Positions 24,773 through 53,500 of a DNA stretch of 64,000 bases are shown here, one piece after another. The translations under genes were made by a program, and so were the position numbers. Position 1 is the stretch's first letter. Every line of letters begins with the position of its first letter. The stretch comes from Balanoglossus misakiensis (lineage: Eukaryota > Animalia > Hemichordata), in the NCBI GenBank assembly GCA_040954595.2, contig CM082576.2, forward strand, positions 3,260,760-3,324,759, written 5' to 3'. The notes below the pieces were generated by a model. It saw nothing but the letters and a program-made list of their open reading frames with translations. It was not told the origin of the DNA and ran no database searches.

Positions 24773-26699
24773 GGTCTCGAACTTCGTCACCAACATCCAC
24801 AAATGGCCTCACAGATCAGACTGTCTGCTTCACCTCGTCAACTTCTGCATCAGTTTAAAACTTTGCCGAATAACCTCGACCTACACGCTAACAATTAATC
24901 CGCCGGATGAACTATAGAGTCACTTTTTCGTGAATCTGCAACAGAATAGTTAATTTTTCATATTTATTTCATAATATGGTAAATGTTTGTTAAAAAATTG
25001 TATGCTATGTACGAGCGAAAGTGCATTTGATGATCATGTCTGTAGGAACTTTTTTGGCCTCAGCGATAGGTTACATCGAACTGGCTGAAAAGATTCCCAC
25101 TGTGCCTTACACCAAAATTTAACATCTTGATACGGGAGCAAAATATCGCTAACTGTGCTGTCATGTTGATATAGTTTTATAAAAAAAAAGTATAACTGTG
25201 CATTTTTTTATTTCTTTAAAAGATGCTTATTTTTTTCTGCATCACCCAAATCCATCATCTTCTATGTTGAAGCAACATTTTTGTCACATGATTGATGTCT
25301 CAAATCGGTCGTCAAAATGGATCACAAATCCAATGATCCTAACAATTATACATGCATGTAGATATAGATCCAGGAATGTAAAATAAAATATATTACCCAG
25401 GCATAAATATACTTGTAGTTAAATAACATGAAATGAATCTCAAACACTCGAAAAATATCGAAAAAATATTACAAAAATAATGTAATATGTGGGCTCTGTG
25501 TAAGCTTCTGAATTACATACTTTTTAAACTAGAGAAGACCTGTATCAGCTGTAAAATATTTAAAATCTTGGGAACTGCCACTCATATTGTTTTGATTTGG
25601 ATATCGTTTGAGCTAATATCAGAAAATTTCTATTTTAGTTAATTATTAGCGTCTAATTGTTTGGCTACACCACTCTCAGCAGGTTCGAGGTCTAACAAGT
25701 GAGACGACCTCGAGCGCCACGTTGGTCTGCAATCTGTCGGGGTTTCCTTGCCCCCAACAAAGCACGGTCAGAACCCAGAAATTGAAGGATATATACTCAG
25801 CTAATTTCTACAAGGTTAAAATATTAACAGAGATTTCTATTTTGAGTTTTCATAAAGATGAACCACTCTAGTCGACGAGTACTATACGCTTACACTTGAT
25901 AAATTCGTCCATTACTCAATAAAAAGTAAAAATGCGCAGGTTTTCGGCTTGTTAATATTTTCCTGCACCAGTAATCCTTGGTTAAACCGATAAATATTCC
26001 GATGGAAACGAAGGTTTCACAGTGTAAACATTTATGTTTATATGAACTGTAATGCGAAAACAACGATCGGAACTGCAGCTTTTTAAACGAAACGCTTACA
26101 AATACAAAGGCTCCCATTCAAAGGAAATTTTCCGTAATGTGCTTTTAAATTGAGCGTGTACTTGTGATCTTGAATACTGTTCGAAAATTGAGCGGACGGG
26201 AACTTAGAAATAAACTTAATTTCGTTGCCATTGGTTACATCACCATCACCTCAGTGACCGAGACTTACTAAACTCGTCTCGAATTAATTTTTCGGCTCTT
26301 CCTCTGGCTGGAAGCACGTTTCAAAAGCGCAGTGTTCAGTGGTACATGGTGCAAATATTAACCGAAAAAGTTGAAGCGTGTGACCTAAAGATATAGCATT
26401 TTTAAAAATATATATTTCACATGTTCCCTTCTTATTTCGGTTGCCCCTGAGTGCAGTGAGGACTGTACTTCTTAATTTATTTTAATTTACTCTTTATTAT
26501 TTTGTATGGTTTTGCGATGTTATTGTAATGATGAAGATCATCATGCATCATCAATTATCGTGTGAGTGATACGCGAAGGTTCGGCAGCATAGTAATGACA
26601 CATTCGGACAAGTTCGTATATGTTCGGGTAGAGCCGAATAATGGCAATGGCGGACGACCCCCCACGAAGTAGGAGGAAAGTCATGCGATGTGGCTATGT

Positions 26700-26815
26700 A
26701 GAAATCAGCCATTACAAGCGAAAAATACCACGCACTACGCCATCTTGGTGCAGTGTTGCTCAGCAATATCCAGCTCGTCTTTGGCCGATTTTTTGGTGGA
26801 ATTTCCCCGGCTGAG
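26700..26815 (+). promoter_or_regulatory. INO80 promoter and non-coding exon 1
   Basis: CpG-rich region with YY1 motif CGCCATCTT at 26738-26746. A perfect donor GAG|GTAAGT follows 26815, with acceptor TTTCAG before 28191. Confidence 0.7.
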
Positions 26816-27620
26816 GTAAGTGAATTGACCCGTTTGACTCGTGCAATGTCATGATCGCAAGTTATATTGGCTGCTCGGCAAGAAAATGTCGGAGATGGCC
26901 TCGCTATTTGTGCCAGTTTCAGCGTGGACTTCAGGTCAGACAGTCAGAGGGTGATGTTTCAAAATTCGCTCTGTCTTCTCATTACAGACAGTGCATGCAC
27001 TCGGGCGCGTGGGCCTCGCGTTCCCTCATGAAATGTCGCGCAATCTCTCCCTTCGTGTCCAGCTTCGTCCTCTGCCGCAAAGTTTCGCCGAACAAGAAAG
27101 TTTTTCATAGTAACGTAGAGCGCGAAAGTTTAAAGTTTGTGTGGCATGGGTCCGGTACACGTAGGGCCGAGTCGTCGTAAAGGTTAAATCAGCGGCGCAC
27201 GATACCACGTTAGCAAATAAAATAAAAATGTGATATTTGGATATTTTTCAGGGGTTATTTTTGTTTTCTGTAATATTTATTGAATATTTAAAGTTTATTT
27301 CTTGAAGTAAGTACTTGTGTTGTGAACCGTATAAACAGTGTGCAACAGCTCGACCTGTCGTCATGAAACTGTGATTTCACAATGCGTGACATACTGGTGA
27401 CTCTTGTGTAGTGTTCAGTCATTCAGATAGTGATGTCAGGTTTGTAACCATAACGTCGTACCAACTTTACGTGATTGCATTTCCAACACTGTCCAAGGAA
27501 AGTAGCAAACAAAGCCAAATCAATAAAAGGGAAAAAATAAAAACAAATGAATAAAATAACCAGGTACATTCAATCTCTGGCCAGACTTTTTCTCTATACA
27601 TTTCTTTCCTGAGATTTTAC

Positions 27621-28017
27621 AAAATTATGTGATTACTGTCATTTAATTAATATAATTTCTATTTTGTTTAAATTAAAAAAAAATTAGAGCTATTATTAAT
27701 ACGTTCCTTCTGTCTCATACAGTGTTGGCAGTAACATATTTCATATTTAAAAATAAAGGTTTCCGTGTCGTTTTTCAACTATTTCTGGATTATGGTAAAA
27801 TGATTTTAATTAAAACAAAATAGAAATTATATTAATTAAATGACAGTAATCACATAATTTTTATTTTGTTTAAATTAAAAAAAAATTAGAGCTATTATTA
27901 ATACGTTCCTTCTGTCTCATACAGTGTTGGCAGTAACATATTTCATATTTAAAAATAAAGGTTTCCGTGTCGTTTTTCAACTATTTCTGGATTATGGTAA
28001 AATGATTTTAATTAAAA
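27621..28017. repeat. About 155-bp direct duplication with a 49-bp inverted insert
   Basis: 27661-27815 is identical by eye to 27863-28017; 27813-27861 is the reverse complement of 27621-27669. Confidence 0.9.
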
Positions 28018-28265
28018 ATTTGGTGGACTTCCAGTCATCCACTCAGAGGTGACCTTTTTAGAAGGTAAAGAAACATGCCAAAATGACAAACCGAGACAGG
28101 TAGTTGCCATAACAACATACCAGGGCAGAATTACATGCAAATAGTTGTTAAATAAATGTTGTGAATATTTTCACTCTTCCATCGTTTCAGAGCGTTTCCT
28201 CCCCTAGCCCACAGATGTAGAATTCGAGCCAAGCACCAGGATTTGTTGCGCAAATCACAGTCACC

Positions 28266-44994
<16,729 letters not shown>

Positions 44995-46839
44995 AACTTC
45001 ATCAAGTCCCTGTGTGGGCCCGTGTTCCTCTGACCGTCAGATGCTCTCATGTTTTGCACTGACATGGTGGCCTGGTACAGACTGCGTGTGGATGAAAGGC
45101 AGTTTGCCAGACGCCCAGAATTCTGCATTCAATATCGAGTGTCTCAGCATGACACTGATCAACAAACCTGAAATATGTACCTACAGGTGGCCTGCACCCG
45201 AGAGGTCTTATCACTTACCTCCCATGGAGGTAGAGCTGCTCTTGAAATTGTCTCACCAGACATTCTGGAGGGCTCCATAGATGCTTCTCAAAGCAGCCAT
45301 TCTCACCTGCATTATATCTGTAAACGGTCGCGTTTCCAGGTCTTTGTAGTGCAGTAGCAAAGTTTTCATATCGGAGACTGTATGCAACAAATCAGTCGAC
45401 ATCAGTGTACATACCGTAATCAATCAGCAAAATCAGCCCTGCTGTGACATTACACTTATTAATCAGTATTCAAAAGGGTACACAGGACCAAAATTGTTCA
45501 ATATGCAAAATACAAGTTGTGGTCATCTCAGTGGGGATTTGAATGTAAATTTCTACCCACCCCTACTGAGCAAATGCTGTTGACTGGACATCAGATGCAG
45601 TGAGAGAAATACAAACAGATATATTGGCTTCACGAGATATTTATCAAGAGAGATATGTTAGATTTGATAGTGTGTGTGCAGCATTAGAATACAGTGACTT
45701 GATTTGTGTTTGAATGGGAAGGTACAACATTCTTAATCATTTTATTTTGATACAGTGTATAAGGGAGCACAGCAAAAGTACTTCCGTTAAATTGCAAAGT
45801 CTTTTGCTGACAGGTTTAGTGTTATTATTTGGGATAGTAGATTTCCCAGCTTGCTGTTGACAGACCTCATATCAATGGGTCGATCTGATTGACTGGGAGA
45901 CTTGCGAGTTTCTGTGAGGGTCATGTGAGATAGGAGGTGCAGTAGCTTCCAAAACAACGGGTCTTATTGTAAAGCCTGCATTTTCACTTTGATTTATTGT
46001 AAATTTACCTCACTGCCAAATTTGTCTTGGTGAAGGAAAATATGGTTAGTGTCCAAAATTGGTCAAGATACAAGGAATATCTTTAAAAATGAGAGGTGAT
46101 CTAGAGTATGACTTTTTATTTCGGAAGCTGTGAGTTGTTCATTGTGAACTCTGTGTTCCTGTCTGTAGAAGACAACCTAAGTTCTTTCCTGCCAACATGA
46201 CACTGTGTGATTCAGAACGTGTTTTTGTCGCGTCAGAATTCTGCTTTCATATTTTAAAGAAAGAAAATCAAAAATGATACTGATTTTGCAAACATGGTGG
46301 ACCTCCAGAGAATGTGAGCAAATTAGTAGAGTTGTGTATCTAGGACACACAATTTTTCCCCTCTCCAATGTAGACTAGAATGAAAGATGGCTGACTGGTG
46401 TATGATTTTTTGATACCTTGGTATATACTTGTTTAATATGCAACTTATATCCTGATTGGCTTAGGAATAGCCTCTGTATAAAATTTGATGAGTATTTTGG
46501 CCAATCATGATGCACCTAACCTTGCATAGAGAATTTGCAGCCAAAATACATCATAAAATGTAATGAAAGACAGTGGTTCCGGGACTATTTATAATTTCAC
46601 AATGGGGTGTCATGATCAGCCTTAAAACATAAAAAAACACAGCAAGATTCCTTCTGTTTGATTTCTATAGCTTAATTAAATCTGAGACAGTGTCAGGGTC
46701 GGAAAAAACTGGCAGACTAGAGTAGGGTTAGGAATTTTCAAAATAAAAGAAATTTAATATATGTACTTCAGAGAAAGAAACATTCAAACCACCCAAATAA
46801 AAAGATTACCATAATTTCTGTTTTTGCTTTAAACCACGA

Positions 46840-46905
46840 CAGCGCCCTCTTTGGGTCGTCAATTTGCACCGGTCCTCCGGCCTTGTGTTAGGTTGCCATG
46901 GTAAT
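46840..46905. promoter_or_regulatory. CTCF-like site plus RFX X-box at the start of the CpG-rich intergenic domain
   Basis: Minus strand CCCAAAGAGGGCGCTG (46855-46840); GTTGCCATGGTAAT at 46892-46905. Confidence 0.45.
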
Positions 46906-47447
46906 CAAGTTGTGTGCTTGTATTATACGAGATTCGAACTCGGACCTATCGTACCGATTGACGTAGCGTGGGAAGCCCATGCTCAAAACCACTTGATCAA
47001 TATTTGATTGGAGGTGAGACTTGGGTCACAGAAAGAGTGCCTCCTTTTGTTGATTTTTTTTTCTTTTGATCATCATTGCGGGATCAATCTGATTTTGTGA
47101 TATTTAACCTGAAACAGTCGGAATTTAGAGTGGGAGTTTTACATACTGGCCACGTTCTGCGTTCTGTTGCCATTTGAAGGAGTACTGATTTGTGCAAGCA
47201 GCTTGTGCTCGCGCGCGTACAAGAAACCATTGACATGACACCGGCCTCGTCACGTCATCGCGTGCGTGCGGTCACATCGATCAAGAACATGGAAGCAAAA
47301 CAGTCGCGTCGGATGCATCCGGCAAATCCCGTCCTTTTGCCGGAGGTAGCGCCACCACGTGTTCGGCTAGGTTCTATATGTCAATGACCTTGGGTTGGGC
47401 GCACGTATTGATTTAGTGCAATTCCAATGTGAATGCCATTATAATAC

Positions 47448-47515
47448 ATGATGTCGATGATGGTGAAAATGATGATGGTGGTGGTGGTGATGATGATGAT
47501 GATGATGATGATGAT
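47448..47515. repeat. (GAT/GGT)n microsatellite
   Basis: ATGATG...GGTGGTGGTGGT-GATGATGATGATGATGATGATGAT is visible directly. Confidence 0.9.
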
Positions 47516-50500
47516 AAAATATATGGGGAAAACTTTCAGAAAAATTACCTTTCGATCAAGCAAATTACGGCCATTTAGGCCAACACCCCCAAAAATACAA
47601 TCATCATGATCATTTCTTGCAAAACTTGTGCCCACAGGTGCTAGCTGATGAAAGTGATAAATTTTCACAAGACACTACTAGTATTCCAATTTCTCGAGAT
47701 ATGATATAAATTATTCGTTTCCTATTAACCACGTTAGCGTTCATTTCGACGTTTCTTTTCTCATTCTAAAAATATTTCTTTCCCTGAGGCAGGCTCATAT
47801 ACTAATCAGTTGATAATGTTCACGCTTTTACAACAGAACATTATCATTTTACCTTTCAATTTCACATTCGGCTTTTTTTATCGAGAATGTTTGAACGGGT
47901 GACTGCTCAAGCAGAACTGCTTATTCCTTTAGCAAGCGCTTGGTACTGTAGTATTATCGCTTTTAAGGCAAGCGGCGGTTGCTTTTCTTAAAAAAAGAAA
48001 GAAAATGAGATTACAGAACGACGTCATCATACAGTGCCATGGTGTGATCAACCTGAATTCCTAATTTACATAACAACGGCCTGGTCACGTGTCCTGGCGA
48101 GAACGCCATAAACGACGTCTTTATCTTACCCTCGCAGGATTTGTTCATATATGAAATTTTAGCGACAAAACTCATTGCCCTTTTATGTTTATTTTTATTT
48201 TGTTGATATGCCGACGTCAGATCTCCTGTTTCTCATCTTCTCTTTCCGATCAGAACAGCAAATCAGAGCCTCGTATGTTTGCCGGGGAAATTTGCATAAC
48301 AATTGACGAAATGTTCTCATTCTCCGTGATCATTTTACTAAAAAGTATTTCCCCTATTAAAAATAAGAATGCAGATTGTTTTTTATAAGTAGGGCCTTTT
48401 TCTACACGTTAACTACTAGTATATTGCGTTATATTACGCTTGAACATTTAGTCCTTTAGGGTCCGTTTATCCGTGAAGAAATTACTTAGTATGTGATCAA
48501 TTCATAAGCGTTATGAATACCAAACAGGATGAGATCAAAATAAGTCAACTGACAAATTCAGAAAGTGTAGTGTACGCGGGAAAACGTAAATCTCTTTTCC
48601 ATATGAATGAAATTTAACGTAAAAGGGCGATGTTCCCCTTTGATGATGGGAAGACCGACTGGCATGCGTTGTGTGTGTTTCTCCGCCCATCAATGCGTGT
48701 TTTGACTGCAGTGTCGAAGATTATGAATGAGTTTGGTGATGTGAGTAAACGATCACGGTTTTCCAACTCAGCAACGCGGGATACACAGCTGGAAGGCAGA
48801 GATATCCCCGTCAACACGAGGGCAATTGATGGCGAGATGTGTTGCCATGGTTACGACGAATTAAACCGTTCCGCGAAGCCCGGTTCCGCGTTAATGGCCT
48901 GTCCGCCACCTATGCATCCCCTGCAAGAAGAGGGAGACTGATTAGCCTTTGTTTTAAGCGGTCAACGACCCCCTCCTGCATTGTTCAAAGTACGAACGCA
49001 CAGGGACTCCTTCGTTCTCGCTGTCGTTCGGTTCCTGCTGAGTTTGTTTTATTGCTTTAATCAAATATTTGAAATAATTATACTTAATATCCATTGAAAA
49101 TCAACACGCGTGAAAATTTTGATAAAAGAAATAAATCATTATCAAAATATAATCGCGTAAGCGACCGCAAATATGACGCACGATGTGTACCAAAGTACGA
49201 AGATATACATGATAATTTACGCCAGTTTTTGAGTAAACTGAAAAACTTCACGACGTAATTAGTATCAATTTCGTTACAATTCTTTGAGTCACCTTTGTTC
49301 CCTATTTTTTATAAGGCCATTTTCCCTCCTCGTTCAGTTTTTTTTTCATTGAGGACGAGACAGTCCCTGTTTTGTGCTGAAATTGTAATAAGTATTTATA
49401 TCTCGCTAAGAGTTTAATTATCATTATGTGGGCGACTGATTGCGCAAGTTCAAGAAGTCGTTACTAAGCTGCATTGGAATAAATAGCCAATCAGAAATAA
49501 TTTGCCGAACGAGGACGAACCGGGGACATAATAAAACTCTCGCCCTTGGAATGCCTCTGGTTATGTTACATTGCAGAGAGCTGAGGTATCCCATTGTATC
49601 AAATGTGATCTACAATCGACTGAGAGGACAGGGATAAAAATGCCGAGTATTCGTGGTCACCGTGATAACTATTTCATGGAGGGGGGGGGGGGGGCAGGAA
49701 AATAGATTATCTTCCACTCGTTGCGAGATCTCGCGAGACTTTTTAATTACCGTAGCAACGGGTTGTTAGCCACGTAATCCAAGAAAACCTTTGCATGAAA
49801 CAAGAATATATGCAGAGTTTAGCAAAACGTGTTACTTTGCACGATGGGCCATGTTGTTTCTCCTGTGTCATATGAGAATGTCCTCCCATAGTAAACTGCC
49901 TAGCCACACGAGACATCGCAGGGTCTCGTTGATTTCGAAAAGTGGTCTATTGAGCCACCGGCGAGTATTTAAATAAGATCCAGGCACCCCTTTTGTGTGG
50001 CACGTATGGAAACGAAAGAACGCAGAAAGATATGGATCTCATTTGGGGCGAATAATGACCACCAAACGAGACCCCAAAATGACGCTGTTATATCCGCGTC
50101 CACTTCATACACACTCTAAATTTGTAATTTCAGAATACTTAATTACTACGTTTATCTAATTAGAGAGCCGCAGCAGATATACATTGGAGGGTTCATTAAA
50201 CAGAGTAAGCAAATTTAATATTTGCAACCCAAAATATTTCTTGTAAACGGCAAGTGTTAAGCAAATATGTCGCACCTTGCACCGCGGCAGACATATTGTA
50301 GTCGCTATGCAAACCACATAAATTTGATAAGAAGAAAATCAATTGTATGGGTGCTCGATTTGATTTTGGAAATGTAATTTCCGCTTGTTTTCTTCGGTAG
50401 CTGTTTTCACTTCTCAGGGTTTTCTCCGTCTGTAAAATACATGTCTTGGCATAATGCGATATACAGAATACTTAGTGGAAAATATCTCGCAAATACTCGC

Positions 50501-53500
50501 AGATCATTTCGGGTCCGTCCAATCAATCAATCAGGCTGGCAGGCAGGACATACCAAAAGACCAATCCTATATTTTTTAATCAGTCTATCAATCGATCAGA
50601 CCAATTTTGAAAGTTCAAAATAATAACAGGATTTCTTACGGATAATGTGAATTTAAGACGAGTTACACATCGCAGTCAATCAGTTTAATTACATGCCTTA
50701 TATTACTTCAATTGCAACCGCCTCGCAGCCTCAGAGAATTATAAAGCGCCCGCTACAGAGAGAATGCGCTCCACCTCAAGCGTGTCTAATTAGTAACAAT
50801 AACCATTTCTAATTGATTAAGTAAACTCTTTCTGAGTGAGTAAGATAGGATGAAAAATTATCGGTGGAGGATTTCAAATCCCTCATCTGGTTTTTGTTGG
50901 TCCCTGGGCGGATTGAAGGAAAAGTCCCTGGGAACGAAGTCTCGCAGTGTCAACACAGTTCTGTAATTTCTATTTGTTCACACGGTGTGTGCATACAATT
51001 TTACAATTTATGACTTTTTTACCCTCAAGTCACGTCGTTAATCGATTGCATTGGAGCAGGTACGCTCCGTTTAATCGTGTTTGTCTTCTCTTTTTATTGC
51101 GGTCGGTGTGGGAGTTTCCATAATAATTGTTATACGGGGTATGCAAGCCGGTCACTCTGCCAAAAAAATATTCACTGAAAATTTAATTTTACCTCTCCAT
51201 AGATACTATAGATTGCATCACACTGCGTTTAAATTAATCATTTCGCCAACCCATCAACAACTACTACATGTATTAACAGATCATGGCATATGTTTGTCGA
51301 TCATTGTCAAGGTGTGGAATGCAAATATAAAGAAGTGATTAAAACGCTGAAATCAAAACCTCTCATTGTTACAGAAAATTAGTTTTAGTTGGCGACTATT
51401 CGCAACAGCCATGCCTGCATCAACCCGCGTTCGTTGGCACTCGATAATATTTCATTTTTTTCTTTAAATCATCCGGGCGCAGTGCATACAGCGTCCACCC
51501 TTGCCTCCGGGAGAACCATTTGGTACGATATCATTAAGGAGGATTTTTAAGATATGAGCATTTATTGCAATTGTTGGCGATGAAAAGAGGCCATCATTTC
51601 TGCTTCCGCCATTATTGATATTGGTTAGCTTTTATTGATCGGAGTGTGAATGTTTGACAAAGACCACCAACCGTTGGATCGTGTGGATGCTGATCTGATA
51701 TCGCGAATGCCAACATTTATATGCAACGAAAGACATACAAAATGTATAGGCCTACTTTGATGATTTTTGGACGATTGTAGACGTGTTTTTTTTTACCTTC
51801 ATGTCTTGCGGACGCCACGAGGTTTGAGAGTGGTACTGACTTGCCATTTCAATGGTGGTTTTGGCCAATTTGAACATAGTAATTAAAAAATAAATACGTT
51901 TCACCGTTCAACTTGTTTATTTAAAAATGCGATTATAATTTTTTACTTAAAAACAAGTAATTGCAAGATACCAATGCACTTTCATAGAATTCGGTTGATT
52001 TATACGATATATTGCGCCTGGATATCTTACAATCACAGAGTAGTTTTTGAATGACAGGTATACATGGGAGAAGAAGGCTGAATCAATATGGATATCTCAA
52101 CGACGAGCCAAAAAAGTTCAGTATATATACGAAATATAAATCAAAGCTAACTCGTGCAAATATTGACTGTCGAATTTAATATTCGGACGGGCACTAGGAT
52201 AGAGGTAGCCACTGTCAGAGCTAAAATCATGTGACAAGGAGTTCGATCAACCGGCAACGGGAGGATACCAAGAGGCCTGATAACATGGTCACTATAAAGT
52301 ACTAGTGGTCCGTTGTAGTCAGCTATACCCTGTGGTGTTTAGATAACAATTAGAATTTTTTCACGCCATTGGTTCTAGGACGAGATCTTCTTGACGAATC
52401 CCGTTAAGGCGGATCAATTAATAAGTATTTGACATTAGCTACAACACTAGAAATCAATAGATGAGAATTAACGCCTCGTTCGTGGAATGATTAGTGGTAG
52501 AACGTTACTCTTGGCCTGCCAAATACTGCCGGGTTGAGCCTGCATCGTGCACAAAAGTGACGTCATTTCTGAAATTATTATCAGATGCGTATACAATTCA
52601 AGGTCGATAGCTCTAGCAATGTATCAAGTCACCCCATAAAATTCCACGCTTCTACCAGCTACTTTTTCATATCTCTGTTCGACGTGTTCTAGTTTCATAA
52701 AAATAGAACGTAAAATGTGTTGCATAACCTCATAAGAGCCTACATAGTTTAATGGGTCATTTCTCATGACGTATTCGGTGAATGTATAAACGGACAGATG
52801 TTATGCGCCCGTTTTGGGGCGATACAATTCCACTCGTAGGGAGTGCGAGTGTAGTATGAGCCGCGACCACCTCAAACGTACGGCCATTGACCTCAAAGGG
52901 GACAAACGCAATATTTTATTACTATTTTAGTTTTTTGACAGAAATGAATCGTGTCGTTCAGTTCGTGAATCGTGCTGATTTACCGATTTGCAAACCCCAT
53001 AGATTTTACTCACACTTGGCGTTGGTACCCTCCCATGATGCAATTTATAGTGTGCACCAGAAATTATGGCATTGGAGGATTGCTCGTTATGTCGACAAGC
53101 ACGATGACAGTTACACTCTAAGCTGTACGAACCGATTATTCGATATATTTCAGTAATCAGAAACACAGCTAAATTCTTACGTAATTAGCAAAAATGGTCA
53201 GGTCACCGGTTATACGTAACACTTCTCTGACAATTGACCTCGGCTTTACACTGTTTGGAAAAATATATGTAATGCATGCATTAACGATATATTTAAAAGG
53301 TCTAATTTTTGTCAAATTATTCGCGTGGGAAGTTATTTATATAACTCCAAGGATCATTAAGTTTTTAAAAATAACAACAAATGTAAGCTAACTGATAGAG
53401 GCTTGTCCCTTTAGCACGTACAGAATGTAATATCACACAGACCTTTCTGAAGACAGATAGCCATATCAGACATTACATATATCTTAAAGTAATGTTGGAG

